A DNA stretch of 63,485 bases, the filler included, from Olpidium bornovanus S191 (Eukaryota; Fungi; Olpidiomycota): NCBI GenBank assembly GCA_017911155.1. It is 32 parts of 32 records of this genome, joined end to end, with 100 filler letters (N's around TTAATTAATTAA, not from the genome) between each part and the next. Parts side by side here need not be neighbours in the genome. Positions count along the whole stretch, not along the records: positions 1 to 2,113 come from JAEFCI010003610.1; positions 2,214 to 4,539 come from JAEFCI010012561.1; positions 4,640 to 6,747 come from JAEFCI010000840.1; positions 6,848 to 8,795 come from JAEFCI010007264.1; positions 8,896 to 10,092 come from JAEFCI010001183.1; positions 10,193 to 11,344 come from JAEFCI010001892.1; 26 more parts are not named here. The stretch is one strand, 5' to 3'. The notes under the pieces are model-generated. The model was not told the origin of the DNA. It made no database searches and saw only the letters and a list, made by a program, of their open reading frames with translations. The position numbers and the translations under genes were made by a program. Positions 1 to 11,344 of this stretch are shown here, one piece after another. Position 1 is the first letter of the stretch; every line of letters begins with the position of its first letter.

Positions 1-13
1 CCCCCCGGCGGGG

Positions 14-66
<53 letters not shown>

Positions 67-699
67 CCTGGCCCAGTTCCCGATGAGCTTCCGGCCCGGC
101 CGGCCCAAAATTGATTACAATCTTGGTAGCACAAAAAAAAAAAAAAAAAAAATCTCACCGGCGAGGCGCGTCAAACGCCGAGCTGGACGAGCGCACGCGC
201 GTTGTCAGCCGGGGTCTACTCCGTTTGTTTATTTTTCTTTTCCGCCCCGCCCCTTTTCTTGGGGGAATGGGACCCGCCATCGCCCTCGTCACCCAAACCG
301 TCGCGCTGCAAGGGGCGGCGAACCCAGACGCGCCGTCCTTCCGCTGTCAACACCCCCAAGCGAACACGCCTCCCGTCAACGCCCCGTCGGCCGCCCCGCC
401 CGAGCTCGGCATTGCACTTTGACCGCAGGCGACCCTGCCGTCGGAGCAGTTTTGCGCGTGCGGTTATACCGAAAATTTGGGAAATTTCGCCGTCGGAGCA
501 ATTTTCTCGCTCCGCGCGGTCGCCGCGGAAAGCAACCGGGGCGTCATCGCCCAAATCGAACCGCTTCTCTGTGACAAGACTTCTGCAGCCGGCCGGCGAC
601 CGTTAAGCCCGGCTGACCCCCAGGGCTCCTCTGCCCTTGCGTTGGGGCGGCCAGTAATAGGAATGGGCTACCTTGGGGCCGCAGTCCCGCACCCCAACC

Positions 700-1640
700 A
701 TATCCCGCCAAGCAGGATCTCGGCTTGTACCATTTGCGTTTACTGGTCCGGCGCGCCTACAGTCAGGTTTTCAAGGCGGCGCAAAACTTCACCTGCCGTG
801 GTAGGTGCCGTCGTGGTAGGTCACGCCAAATGTGCCAAAAGGCTTACCGCCTCTGGAAACCTGTCGGACGGCGCGCTTTTCGACTGCGGCGACGTTGCTT
901 TTTGGCATGCCTGCCCGTGGCGAACTTATAAGATTATTCCCCACGCCGAAGATGCGACGTATGACGTCAGCCACATCATTTGACCACCGCATGGATGAAT
1001 TGCTTTCAATTCACCGGCTCGCTTCCAACGCGGTTGCCGAGAGCGAAGGGTTTCTGACAGCCCTGTTTAACTCGCCGAGGTTACCGCCGATGACGGCGCC
1101 TGTGTTTACCTCCCAGCATTACAAACGCCCCTGGGAATGAAGCTCCATGTCAACGCAGCTCGTGGGAGCCGTTCATTCCTTGTTGTGACATAATTTCGTC
1201 CAACGGTTCGCCGCCGTCATGGCAAGCCCTCTGTTCTCCCGATCAGCACGATGCCGTGCAGCGGTCGACCTCAATTCTCTTCGAATCACCGGCGACTTTC
1301 GCCTTTGTTCCAAGCGGCCGGACGACGCCAGATTGCTCGAAAACGTTCCGGGCGTTCAAAAATGGAAATATGCGGTCGGATTCGGACTGTCGAAAGGGTC
1401 CAGGCCCCGGCCTGCCGCTGCAACGCAACGCCAGGGTATCGACTATGCCAAAACGCCTGCTCCTGACGTCTTCGGTCACGCAGCTGGACCCGGTCGCCCG
1501 TTTGGCTGGGCGGACACCATCCAGGCTGGTATCGTCGTGGTTTGCCTCAGATCTGACTTTGACCCGCATGGCCTGCGTCGCCCCAGCCAGATAGAGGGCT
1601 TCTTCGATTCTCCACTCCCACAACTCTGAGTGGTCCCTCC
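700..1640 (+). mobile_element. Degenerate Ty1/Copia pol relic (post-integrase SH3-like region and RT N-terminus), frameshifted
   Basis: HLRLLVRRAYSQV...QKAYRLWKPVGRRAF (ORF 725-931) resembles the Copia hLrvFGc.AY...KaYrlwdp motif. QKWKY...QRQGIDYAKTPAPDV (ORF 1219-1629) resembles the Copia RT motif Q..GiDY.eTFaPV. The two are in different frames, separated by stops. Confidence 0.6.
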
Positions 1641-1792
1641 TCCGTTCCTCTCTCTGCCGGGGAGCGCGCCACCGGAACATCGCAAGTCGTTGGAAATAAT
1701 GCACTGCGCGCACCCACGGCCTCCACTGCCCCTCCCGCAGCGTTTGTCTCCGTAGTAGTTTCCCGCCCTTTACAAAACAAGAGCCCGGTCGC

Positions 1793-1820
1793 AGAGAGAG
1801 AGAGAGAAGAGAGAGAGAGC

Positions 1821-1865
<45 letters not shown>

Positions 1866-1927
1866 TTGGGGAGAGAGAGAGAGGGAGAGTTGGGGAGAGA
1901 GAGAGAGAGAGAGAGAGAGAAGAGAGA
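1793..1927. repeat. Imperfect (GA)n microsatellite; a second tract lies at about 2043-2077
   Basis: Directly visible GA repeat with interruptions. Confidence 0.95.
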
Positions 1928-2113
1928 CGGCGGACGGCCCCCGAAGGAGAAAGACTTCGGTTCGCCTAACTCATCCCCGCCGAACTAACTCGCCAAGCTG
2001 GCCCCGCTCCGTCTTTCCTTCCGGTGCCCAGCAGGGCGGCCGAGAGAAAGAGAGAGAGAGAGGGAGAGAGAGAGAGAGCACACGCCCCCCGCCGTCCCCT
2101 TCCCTGCGATGGC

Positions 2114-2213
2114 NNNNNNNNNNNNNNNNNNNNNNNNNNNNNNNNNNNNNNNNNNNNTTAATTAATTAANNNNNNNNNNNNNNNNNNNNNNNNNNNNNNN
2201 NNNNNNNNNNNNN
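2114..2213. other. Artificial contig spacer (44 N + TTAATTAATTAA + 44 N), first of 31 in the window
   Basis: The same 100-bp unit recurs at 4541, 6748, 8796, 10093, 11345, 12741, 13878, 15794, 17311, 18641, 20497, 24204, 25636, 28007, 29762, 32684, 34093, 35581, 37933, 39419, 41038, 43254, 44681, 47025, 48366, 50083, 51532, 55517, 58700 and 61655. The 12-mer puts stop codons in all six frames. Confidence 0.99.
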
Positions 2214-3903
2214 CATGGCCACATCTCCTTCCATTATGACATTGTGGTTTTCGTCTTTCCCGGCCGTCGAAACCACCTGAGATATTCCCTGTGTAATAGT
2301 GAACCATTCGGACTGGTTGATCATATGCCTTGTACATCCGCTGTCGATTGGGGCGTGTGGCCGCTCTGTGTGTGCGGCATTGGCATGAAAGGTGGCGTTT
2401 GCCGTGGGGGGTTTCACGCCAGCGGCGGCAGTGGTGGAGACGATGGCAGTTGGGGCCACTTTCTCAGCTTTGGCTTTGGCGTCAGAAGCCTTGGCTTCCT
2501 TTTGCTTCTTCGGCACGCGACGCTCTTTCGCAATGTGCACGTGCTTGCCGCCGTCATAGCAGGTAACCTTCAGTTTGGTCTCCTTGCTCGTGTTTTTCGT
2601 CGAGGATGCCCCGGTGGCACCGGCCCCATGGATGTGCATTTTCTCCTCGTCCCCGTTTATACGAAGGTCGCGGCGGGCGGACTCTTGCACTTTGTTTAAG
2701 TCATCCAACTTGGGGGTCATGAGCATGACGCGTGTTTTTCGGTCATCGCTTAGTCCCGAGTGGAACCTCATAGCCCAGAATTGTTCGTCCCTTGGAATGG
2801 GGATCTGGAGGTACAGTGAGTCGGATGTTTTGATGTACTTTACAGGGTCCCTGTCACACTTAGCCTGGGATAAGTTTGCCAGGTCTATCATGGTCGTTGT
2901 GGCGGGCTCGCCGAGAAGGACCGCAACGAAGCCTACGAAGCTCGGGGCGGGTTCTTCATTTTCACGAAGACGATTGTTTAGCTTCGGGGCTCGGGGGGGA
3001 TGCGAGAGGTAGGGGAGATGGAGATGGCCGGCGGTGTGTTCTCTTTACCGGTCGTCGGCGCCGGCGGGGTGTTGTGTTTACCGGTCACGGCGGCAGCGCC
3101 GGTGAGGGGGGGGGGGCGCTATTCTAGGGGGAAGGGCTAGCACCGCTGGCGAGTCGGGGCATGCAACAACACCCCGGCGGCACAGTCCGCCACTCTGGAC
3201 CACACCACGGCGGCGCAGCGGCACAGTCCGCCGGTGGCGGCACAGCCCGTGACAGTCGTTTGTTGGGTTCACGCGGGGGGTACTGTGTTGGTAAAGGGCG
3301 TCCCGCAGCTCTTCCCGTTTATTCCAACATCCATGGCTGCCGCGCGGGTAGTCCTTAGAGTGGCTTCTCCAAAGGAGACGTGCTTGTCCGCTTAGCTTGT
3401 TGGTTATTAGTTCTCGTCATACCAGAACGGAGTCCACTGTTTTTCTCGACTTTTCCGACAGTCGCGTCATTCGGGATGCATTGGACAATACGGACTCTCT
3501 TGAAGGGCTTCGCGCGCCGGTCTTGGTGGCGTCACGGGACGTTCCCCCTTCCGCGTTCGGGGGTGAAGGAGGCGTTGCCGTCCTCCGGCGTGGCCCCAAG
3601 TTACACCAGGCATGGCCGTTGGGCCAAACCGCGGTTGCTGCGGCCGCGTCCGTCGTCCCTTCTCTTCTCCTCTCCCGGTTCTGGGGACCGGGAAGAGGTC
3701 GCTGTTTGCGCTCATGGTGCCTTCCCCATCGTGGACACCGACGGACGGCGGAAGGCGAGGGCTTTTCGCGCAGTTGCCGACAGACGGCAAAGGGTTTTCG
3801 CGCGGTCGCCGACGGACCGCAAGGGCTCTTCTTCTCTACTTCTTCGGCGGTAAGCTCTACGTTCGTGGCCAGGGCAGGCCCCCCTGGGCTCATAACCTGT
3901 TGG
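2214..3903 (-). mobile_element. 5' part of a Ty1/Copia LTR retrotransposon: LTR end and PBS, gag with decayed zinc knuckle, aspartic protease
   Basis: ORF 2891-2214 has a degenerate CCHC knuckle (CYDGGKHVHIAKE) and the Copia protease motif DSGCTRHM. The minus strand at 3903-3884 reads CCAACA-GGTTATGAGCCCAG (LTR end plus PBS). Confidence 0.8.
3884..3903 (-). promoter_or_regulatory. Copia primer-binding site (half-tRNA-iMet type) abutting the LTR terminal CA
   Basis: The minus strand reads CCAACA then GGTTATGAGCCCAG, matching the GGTTATG(A/G)GCCC PBS class of Copia elements primed by a tRNA-iMet fragment. Confidence 0.7.
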
Positions 3904-4482
3904 AGCCAGCCTGAAAAAAAAAAACGCGTAGACACAGAGCCGCGCGCGAATCTGTAAGGAACGGGAAGGGAACGAGAACTGTATTCAGGGCGTTCGCTTA
4001 CTGATTTCCCCTGTGCCTTATTTTATGTGGCGGCGGCTAAGGAAAATCTACGCACGGGTAACGCGGGCTGGGCGTGTGCGCAGTGCATCTACGGCTCAGG
4101 CCCCCACCCCCTTTATTCTACATTTCCTTCCCCCCTGCGGAAAAGAGTTTTCGAAGCGTATTTCCCGCAAGGGCAGCGACCGGCGTCGGCGAAAAAGGGC
4201 GGTGTTGTCAGGCGCAAGGCGGGCGGAGGGGGTGGGGGACGGCCTGTGCGCCGCCCTCGTCTGTTTTCCGCAGGCGGAGGCAGGGCCGTTAAACTTGCCT
4301 TTTTTTTTTTTCCTCCGCCGCCCTGACCGGCCCTCCACACGGGGATTCTTCTACGGCGGCGGCGGCGGAAGAAAGGCTGGAGCGGGGCCCGAGTGTGGGG
4401 GAAAGAGGTTCGCGGGGCGGCCGGGGTGTGTGTGTGTGTGTGGGGGGGGGGGGGGGTTCCCTTTTAAAAAAAAGACCCCCCC

Positions 4483-4539
<57 letters not shown>

Positions 4540-5397
4540 NNNNNNNNNNNNNNNNNNNNNNNNNNNNNNNNNNNNNNNNNNNNTTAATTAATTAANNNNN
4601 NNNNNNNNNNNNNNNNNNNNNNNNNNNNNNNNNNNNNNNAAGCGCCGCCGTATAAAGCTCGCTACCCAAAAGGCTGACGAGGAGGAATACGAGGAGTAGA
4701 TAATGCTGTATTTGCGTTCACCTCTTCCGTATGTCGCGAAAGAGATATAATGCGTCCATGGTTTTCGTCATGTCGGACAGCCGAATGCGCCTTACGGGAA
4801 GGTTGGGGGGGGGTCTCGGGAAGTTCTCTGGAGATGCCGAGTGGTAATTCTGTGTAACTGAAGAACCAGCGGTTGGAATCAGACGCCTGAGGAGATTCCG
4901 TGACCCAAGTTATGCTGAGCTAGAGGACTGAGGGGGGGAAAACGAGATACAGGTTGCGATTTCGGCAGACAGAGAGAAACAGATGTGGTCGCTGTCAAAT
5001 CTCTCCCCACACAAGGGAAGGTCTTTTGCCACCACGCGGTTATCTCTTGATCCACCACGAGAGATTTCACACCTCCACAGGCCGACGCTCTCTGCGGTCG
5101 GATTCGTTCTGGCGTGTCCCTGAGGCTCCTGTGGGCCGCCCTCTTTCCCGTTCTGCGCCGTAGGTTCACGCGCTGCTGCCGTCCGGCGGCGTGTGTGCGT
5201 GTGGGGCGGCGGTTTGCACCCCGCCGGCGGAGCCCCCCGTTCCGCCGCCCCGCAACCCACTTCCCCCGGGCGCCTTTTTCAGATTAGCCGGTTCCCGGAC
5301 GCGAGAGCGCGCCCGCCCGTGAATCATCATCCGCCTCGACCAACACCCCGCACCCCTCCCGCTGCTGCAGCAACCAACCGGCGCAGTTGGGGAAAAC

Positions 5398-6701
5398 ATG
5401 TCCGACGACGACTTCAGTGAGTTGCTGGGTGCGGGGCCGGGCCGCGCTTCGGTGCGCGGGGGAGGTCGGCGGACGCAGCGGGCATGCTTCGCATTCCGCC
5501 GCGAAAACCAGAAAAGCACGCGTCCCCGCCGCTCTTCCTTTTCCTTTCGACTGACTGCCTCCCCCTCTCTCGACCCCCCGCAGTGAACGAGGTAGAGTTT
5601 TCTGCTCTGCTTGTGACGTGTCGCGCCTTCCGGGAACGTTTTTCAGGAGACGCAAGGCACCAAAACCCACGCCCAACACTCCGCGAACGCCTCTCCGCTT
5701 GTCACCGCGGAACAATCGGCGCATAGGATGAGGACTACGACTTTGAGTACGAGGACGACGATCAAGAGGAGCCCAACGTCGACGTGGAGAACGCATATTA
5801 CAACGCGAAAGGTGCAGACCAGGAGACGAGTCTTAGAATTTGCATTCTCGCGCCCGGGGGGGTTCCGGCCCCCGTCGTTTGGAATATCCGCGGCTGACCC
5901 ACGAAGAGCGGAGGTGCTAACTTACGGCGACACGAACACCACGCGACGCCTGCGCGGCGGGACGGGGCGGCCGCGGGTCCGGGGGGGTGGGGCCGGGTGC
6001 GGGCACGCTGGGCCTTGGGGCACGCCCGGTGGACACGCGCGCGCGCGAAACGTCAAACCCCGAACAAGCTCTGAAGGAGGATAACGTGGACACCGCGTTC
6101 GAAGCGTTCCGCGGCGTCGTGGCCACGGAACAGGAACAAGGGGAATGGTGTGCAGTTTAAAAGCTTTCTGGTTGGACCCGCGGGGCGGTGGCCCACCCCT
6201 CCACTTCCCTGGAAGGGGGAGAACCCCGACCATCCTCCTCGCTTGACCAATGGGAATGCCGGCTCCCCTTTCCGCTGTAACATCGTCGGCTTTACACTCC
6301 GGTTTCGCCCCGTTTCCAACTTAAAGGGGTTTCAAGGCGCTGAAGCAGATTGTCAAGCTGGCCTTTAAGCGGGGAAATTACGATGAGGCGAGTCGGCGTC
6401 CCCGCACCCACCACCCCGCGGGTTTTCGGTCGGAGCCTCCGCCCGCTGGCAAGCGTCTTTCAGTTTTGCCTTGACGATCTTCCCTGCCCCCCCCCCTCCC
6501 CGCTCCGACGGTCGGGTCGGAAAATAGACGTTGAGAAATTACAAAGAGCTCCTTACGTACACGAAGTCGGCAGTGACGAAAAATTACAGCGAGAAGAGCA
6601 TCAACAACATTCTGGAATACATTTCTTCGTCTCCAGATATGAAGTTCCTGGAGGAGTTCTACTGCACGACGCTGAAGGCACTGGAAGAAGCGAAAAATGA
6701 C
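5398..6701 (+). CDS. CSN2: COP9 signalosome subunit 2, 5' part (exons 5398-5416, 5584-5591, 5727-5811, 6069-6147, 6327-6387, 6528-6701; truncated by contig end)
   Basis: Spliced translation [42 protein letters not shown]...[14 protein letters not shown]...[29 protein letters not shown] matches the conserved CSN2 N-terminus. All splice phases are compatible. Confidence 0.95.
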
Positions 6702-6906
6702 GTAGGCCGCTTTCATTATAGAACACAGGAGATTTAGCGAGGCCATGNNNNNNNNNNNNNNNNNNNNNNNNNNNNNNNNNNNNNNNNNNNNTTAATTAAT
6801 TAANNNNNNNNNNNNNNNNNNNNNNNNNNNNNNNNNNNNNNNNNNNNCGAGCACACAGGCGCCTTGTTCCTGATTGTCCGTATCTTTTATCGCGAACGCA
6901 CACAAG

Positions 6907-7126
6907 GTATATCCGCCACCCGTCCTACTTTGGCTTCTTTTGGTGGGCGCTCGGATCCCAGATCATGATGGCGAACCCGGTCTGCACCGTCATCTATGCC
7001 GGCGTTCTCCACCGGTTCTTCAGCCGCCGCATAGCGTGGGAGGAGGAGACGCTGGTAAACTTTTTCGGGGAAGACTACTCCGAATACCGCGCCGCGACTC
7101 CGACGCTCATGCCGGGGATCCCGTAG
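6907..7126 (+). CDS. STE14: Isoprenylcysteine carboxyl methyltransferase (ICMT/Ste14), last exon
   Basis: Translation YIRHPSYFGFFWWALGSQIMMANP...RFFSRRIAWEEETLVNFFGEDYSEYRAATPTLMPGIP* contains the ICMT RHPSY and RI..EE..L..FFG..Y motifs. Not in the supplied ORF track. Confidence 0.92.
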
Positions 7127-7585
7127 GGGAAAAAAAGACTCCATCCCAAAATGCTTTCTAGTTATTTTCAGATCGTTTTCTCTAGCCGGTCGCCGTCCAA
7201 AGCCGCGGCGCTTTTGATCCAGCCCGCGGTTCCGCCATGGGTTTTTCGCTGTATTACTGTGCGCTGTACACGAGAAATGGCCTTTGCCCTCCCCCCCCCA
7301 CCCACCCACCCATGCATGAGCCAGGCTGTTGAAGAGGGGCGAGATTCAAGGGGAAAAACATAGGGGAGAATAAACCAGTGGGTGGCAAGGGGCGATGACT
7401 CGGCTGGAACGAGTGCCAACGTCTTGTTCGCGGCCGCCGCGCACCGAAAACGCTCTGCCGGTCCGGTGGCCGTCATTTTGCGGGCGTTCCCGCGGTCAGC
7501 GAGAGCGAACGGCGCCGAGACCTCCCTGACGGGCCGCGAGGAAAGGCGCGGCGGAAGCGCCGGGAGCCGACGGCGACGGCGGCCT

Positions 7586-7622
<37 letters not shown>

Positions 7623-7982
7623 TTAATAACTCTAACGTGCTTTCCGGGATGCCGGGTTTTTCAGACGCGTTCCGTCCAACTCCTCCACCGCGTAAGTCGC
7701 CGCCTCGGGAAAAAAACTTCCACGACGCGATACGGCCGCCTCCATCGCTCTCTGAAATTCCTCTCGGCCCGGTGCTGAACCTCCGCTTGCGCATCCCACA
7801 CCAGCACCCAATCAGCAAGCCCCTCGCCAGCAATAAATTTTTTTTTTTTCCTGCACGGACACTTTCCTGCCGTCGGCACTTCACGTCCCTTCCACGCGTT
7901 ACCTCGGACGCGTCGCTTACACCCGGCACTTCCGCATCCCTTCACACGTTACATCGCTTGATTTGATTCTTTCGCACCCTTC

Positions 7983-8090
7983 ATGATGTCTGGCAAATTG
8001 AGCTTCCGCGCCGCGCTGGTCGCCGCGTCTCTGGCCGCCCGCGCTACCCTTCAGGTTACCTCGGCGCAGTTGGAGAAATCTCTCGTGCCG
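7983..8090 (+). CDS. Possible first exon of a secreted protein
   Basis: MMSGKLSFRAALVAASLAARA looks like a signal peptide, followed by a GTATGG donor-like site. Downstream exons were not resolved. Confidence 0.3.
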
Positions 8091-8895
8091 GTATGGAATC
8101 TCTCTTGCAGGTATGCCCCAAGGATAACTTCGGAAATCGCGTCCGCATCAGAAGGCAACCGATCGACGTGAACGGCCCGAGTAGGATTGTCGAAGTCGTC
8201 GCTATCTGATCCTTTCCAAAGAACGGCAGCTGCTTTCGGCTTTGCCGCGGTCGATATAATTTGCTAAGTCTGAAGGTTTCAAAGCAGCCGGCAATATTCT
8301 CCAATCCGAAGACGGCATAGAACACGAATGCCGATTGCCTGAAAGACATTTCCTGCCACCACGCCGGGTACCGGGCGTTTTGTCCGCTCTCGCCGCGGAT
8401 TGCAGGCTTTCATTGAACCGAAATGCGACAACCGACGATCTCACGATCCGAGTCCGAGTTGACAAATCTGGTGGTGTAGGTCGACAAGCCTGCAGTCGTG
8501 CCGCGGCCATAAAAGCTTGCAAGACAAATCCACGTGGCTTCGCCACGGCTGTCCAGTTCGACCGGGCTCGACCAGCGTGGCGCTTTCATTCAGGGCCTGT
8601 GCTCTAACTGATCGAAGCGGAGTACACATACCGCCGATCAGGGGTTGGTATTGTCAATGTCGCCTGCCCCGAACTTATCACGGTTAGTTTCCTAAATTAA
8701 GAGGCGGCTTCACTGCCATCTGTACGAAAACTCGCAATATAGCACACGTCCCGAGCCGGCAGTCAAAGAAAATATATTCGAATTGTCATCTACAANNNNN
8801 NNNNNNNNNNNNNNNNNNNNNNNNNNNNNNNNNNNNNNNTTAATTAATTAANNNNNNNNNNNNNNNNNNNNNNNNNNNNNNNNNNNNNNNNNNNN

Positions 8896-10016
8896 ACCAT
8901 CTCCGCGTCGTCGATGAGGCGCAGGACGTTGGCGGCGCTCCAGGGGGCGTTCGGCGCGATGCGGATGTCCGTCGCCTGCGCCGTCAGGCGGTCGACCCCC
9001 GGGAACAGCCACATGTCGGCCTTTCGGCCGACGCTGAAGTAATCGGAAAACACGGGGTGCTGCGGCGGTAGCGAAACGGAGGGCAGCGGAGGGGAGCGTG
9101 GGGAGGGAGGGGAGGGGAGGGAGGAGGATTAGGCGGGATCGTTGCAAAACTTACCAAAGCCAAACGCGAGCGGGGCCGAAAAACCGAAGGAAAAAAAAAA
9201 AACAAAAAAAAGAATTCTTACCCAGAAGATCTTTACAAACTGCAGCATGTCCTGCACGCTCCACAGGCTCTTCTCCTTCCGGACGGCGAAGCGCCACTCG
9301 TCCCCAAGCGATTCCCGGAACGCCCGCTCGAGCGCGCCGGGCAGCAGCTCCGCCAGCCGGGCGACCACCTCCCGGGCGACGTCTCTGAGCTGCAGACCCG
9401 TGAGGGGCGATCGGCAGGGGGCGGGAGCGGCGGCGGCGGCGGCGGCGGCGGCGCCCGAAGACCCGCCGCCGGCGGCGACTTGTTCCAGGCTGCGGAGGGC
9501 GACGCTGGCAGGGGAAGGCCGCGCCGCCGCGCGCGGGCGGTGAGCTGGCGCCTGGGCGTGCCAGGCCGGGGCCCGCGGGCCGTCGCCCTTGAAGCCGGCC
9601 GGGGCGGCGGCGGCGGCGGCGGCAGGCCGATTTCCGGGCGCGTGGACGGAATCGCTGAGCTTCGGGCCGCGCTCGGTTTTCGCGCACTGCTTCTTGGCGC
9701 TGCGGCCCGAGATCTCGCCGGGGCCGGGGGCGCCGCGCGCGCGGCCTTCGGCGGCGCGTCCCGGCGAGGGCGGCGCGCCGGCGGGGTCCGAACTTGTGCC
9801 GGCCTGCGTCGCGGGCGCGGAGCGGGACGCCGCCGGCCCCGCCGCGCAACCTGTGTCTTTCTCCTTTTTCTTCCTCTTCTTCCCGCCGCTCTGCGGACTG
9901 CCGCCTGCTCCCACCCCTGAGCACTCCGCCGGCCTTTGTTTCGCTTTGCCCCCCTTCCCCAATTCATCCGCCATGTCGAGTGAATTCCGCTTTTTCCGCC
10001 CGCTTCCTTTCGCCAC
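8896..10016 (-). CDS. Hypothetical protein: low-complexity N-terminus, then a helical domain resembling Swt1-like HEPN (2 exons, truncated)
   Basis: Open frame with a GTAAGA...CAG intron (about 9221-9060) joining KIFW to HPVFSDYF. The segment LERAFRESLGDEW...LWSVQDMLQFVKIFWHPVFSDYF resembles the HEPN_Swt1 N-terminal consensus, judged by eye only. Confidence 0.55.
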
Positions 10017-10263
10017 TTTGTCTCCCTCTCCCTCGGCCTCGTCAAGCAGGCGATCGGCTGCCCTTATTGCTGATCCAGCCCTTGCAGGAAGTNNNNNNNN
10101 NNNNNNNNNNNNNNNNNNNNNNNNNNNNNNNNNNNNTTAATTAATTAANNNNNNNNNNNNNNNNNNNNNNNNNNNNNNNNNNNNNNNNNNNNCCCGCTCC
10201 TCCGCCCTCCAACGCGCGCCGGTCACGTGACGACTGCGGATGACAGGGGCGGAAGTGAGGCAA

Positions 10264-10304
<41 letters not shown>

Positions 10305-10619
10305 AAAAAGGGGGCTTTTCCCTCCCCTGTTGCCCCCCTTCCTCCCCGCCCTCCCCCGCCCGCCCTTCTCCCTTTTTCGCCCCTCCCCCCGCCCGCCCCC
10401 TTTTTCCGCCGGAACCCGAACGACGACGACGACGACGACGCGTTCGCCTCCGTAGCCGCGTTCTTCGCTCACCCGCCGCCCCCGCGCCCCTCCGGAGCCC
10501 CCCGCCCAATAAAAATCCCGCCCTCGGCCCCCGTCGTTTTCCCCCTCCACCTCCCTCCCTCAAGCCGCGTCTTCGTGTCCTCTTTGTTGTGAACAAAAAA
10601 AAAACAACAAACCGACGCC

Positions 10620-11344
10620 ATGCGCGCCTCGCTCCTCCTCGCCTTGGCCCTCGCCGCCCCTGCGGTCTACGCGGCGTCCCTCCCGCCGCCCGGCGGCGGC
10701 CCACCTCGACTCGCCGCTGACGCCCCCGCCGCCGTCCCCGGAACCCGTCGCGTGGAAGGACGGCGATCTGCTCGCCGCGGTCGAGGAAACCGCCGGCGTC
10801 GTGCGTACCAATCCTCCTCCTCCTCCCCCGTGTCCCCACCGCGTATATTCTTTTACCCCGCCCCCCGTTTTTTTTTCCCTCTCTTTGCTTACCTTTTCCC
10901 GTCCGCGTTTTTCTCGAAAAAAAAGAAAATGTGCGCGCGTCGTCCCGTCTCTTCCCTCTCCCCCCCCCCCTTTCTTTCAAAATCCAAAAAAAAAAACCCC
11001 CCAGGGTCTGATCCCCGCCGTCGTGCACGCCGCCAGGGGCGACCGCGACCGGACCATCCGGGCCGCCGCCCGCGCCACGGGCGACGCCATGGCCAACCTC
11101 GCGGCGCACGCCTTCGACGCCGCCCGGTCCTCGCGGCTGCTGCTGCCCGGGCAGCGGCACCACAAGCCGTGCCTCGCGGAGGCGGTGACCGCGGCCGTGA
11201 GCAAGTCCGTCCTGAGCTTAGCCGCCGGACACCTCACCGAGTCCCGCATCGCCGACCTGATCAGGAAGCCCGAGATCCGCGGGCAGTGCGCCGTCGCCCG
11301 GGAGCTGCCCGAGAAGATGCGGGACAGGTTGGCCCGGTGCGCCC
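10620..11344 (+). CDS. Hypothetical secreted protein, 5' part, with an apparent frame discontinuity
   Basis: Signal-peptide-like start MRASLLLALALAAPAVYAAS. A coding-like exon PEPVAWKDGDLLAAVEETAGV ends at a GTGCGT donor. The next exon GLIPAVVHAARG... (after CAG at about 11005) has strong GC3 codon bias. Confidence 0.55.

Noticed and set aside
2158-2169. Recurring TTAATTAATTAA palindrome as a biological repeat or CRISPR-like array
   Set aside because: It is always centred in exactly 88 Ns, so it is an artificial six-frame stop linker.
3286-3329. 44-bp segment bounded by TGTTGG...CCAACA, resembling a miniature solo LTR
   Set aside because: Too short, no target-site duplication, and no second copy in the window. 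It could be chance or a deleted LTR.
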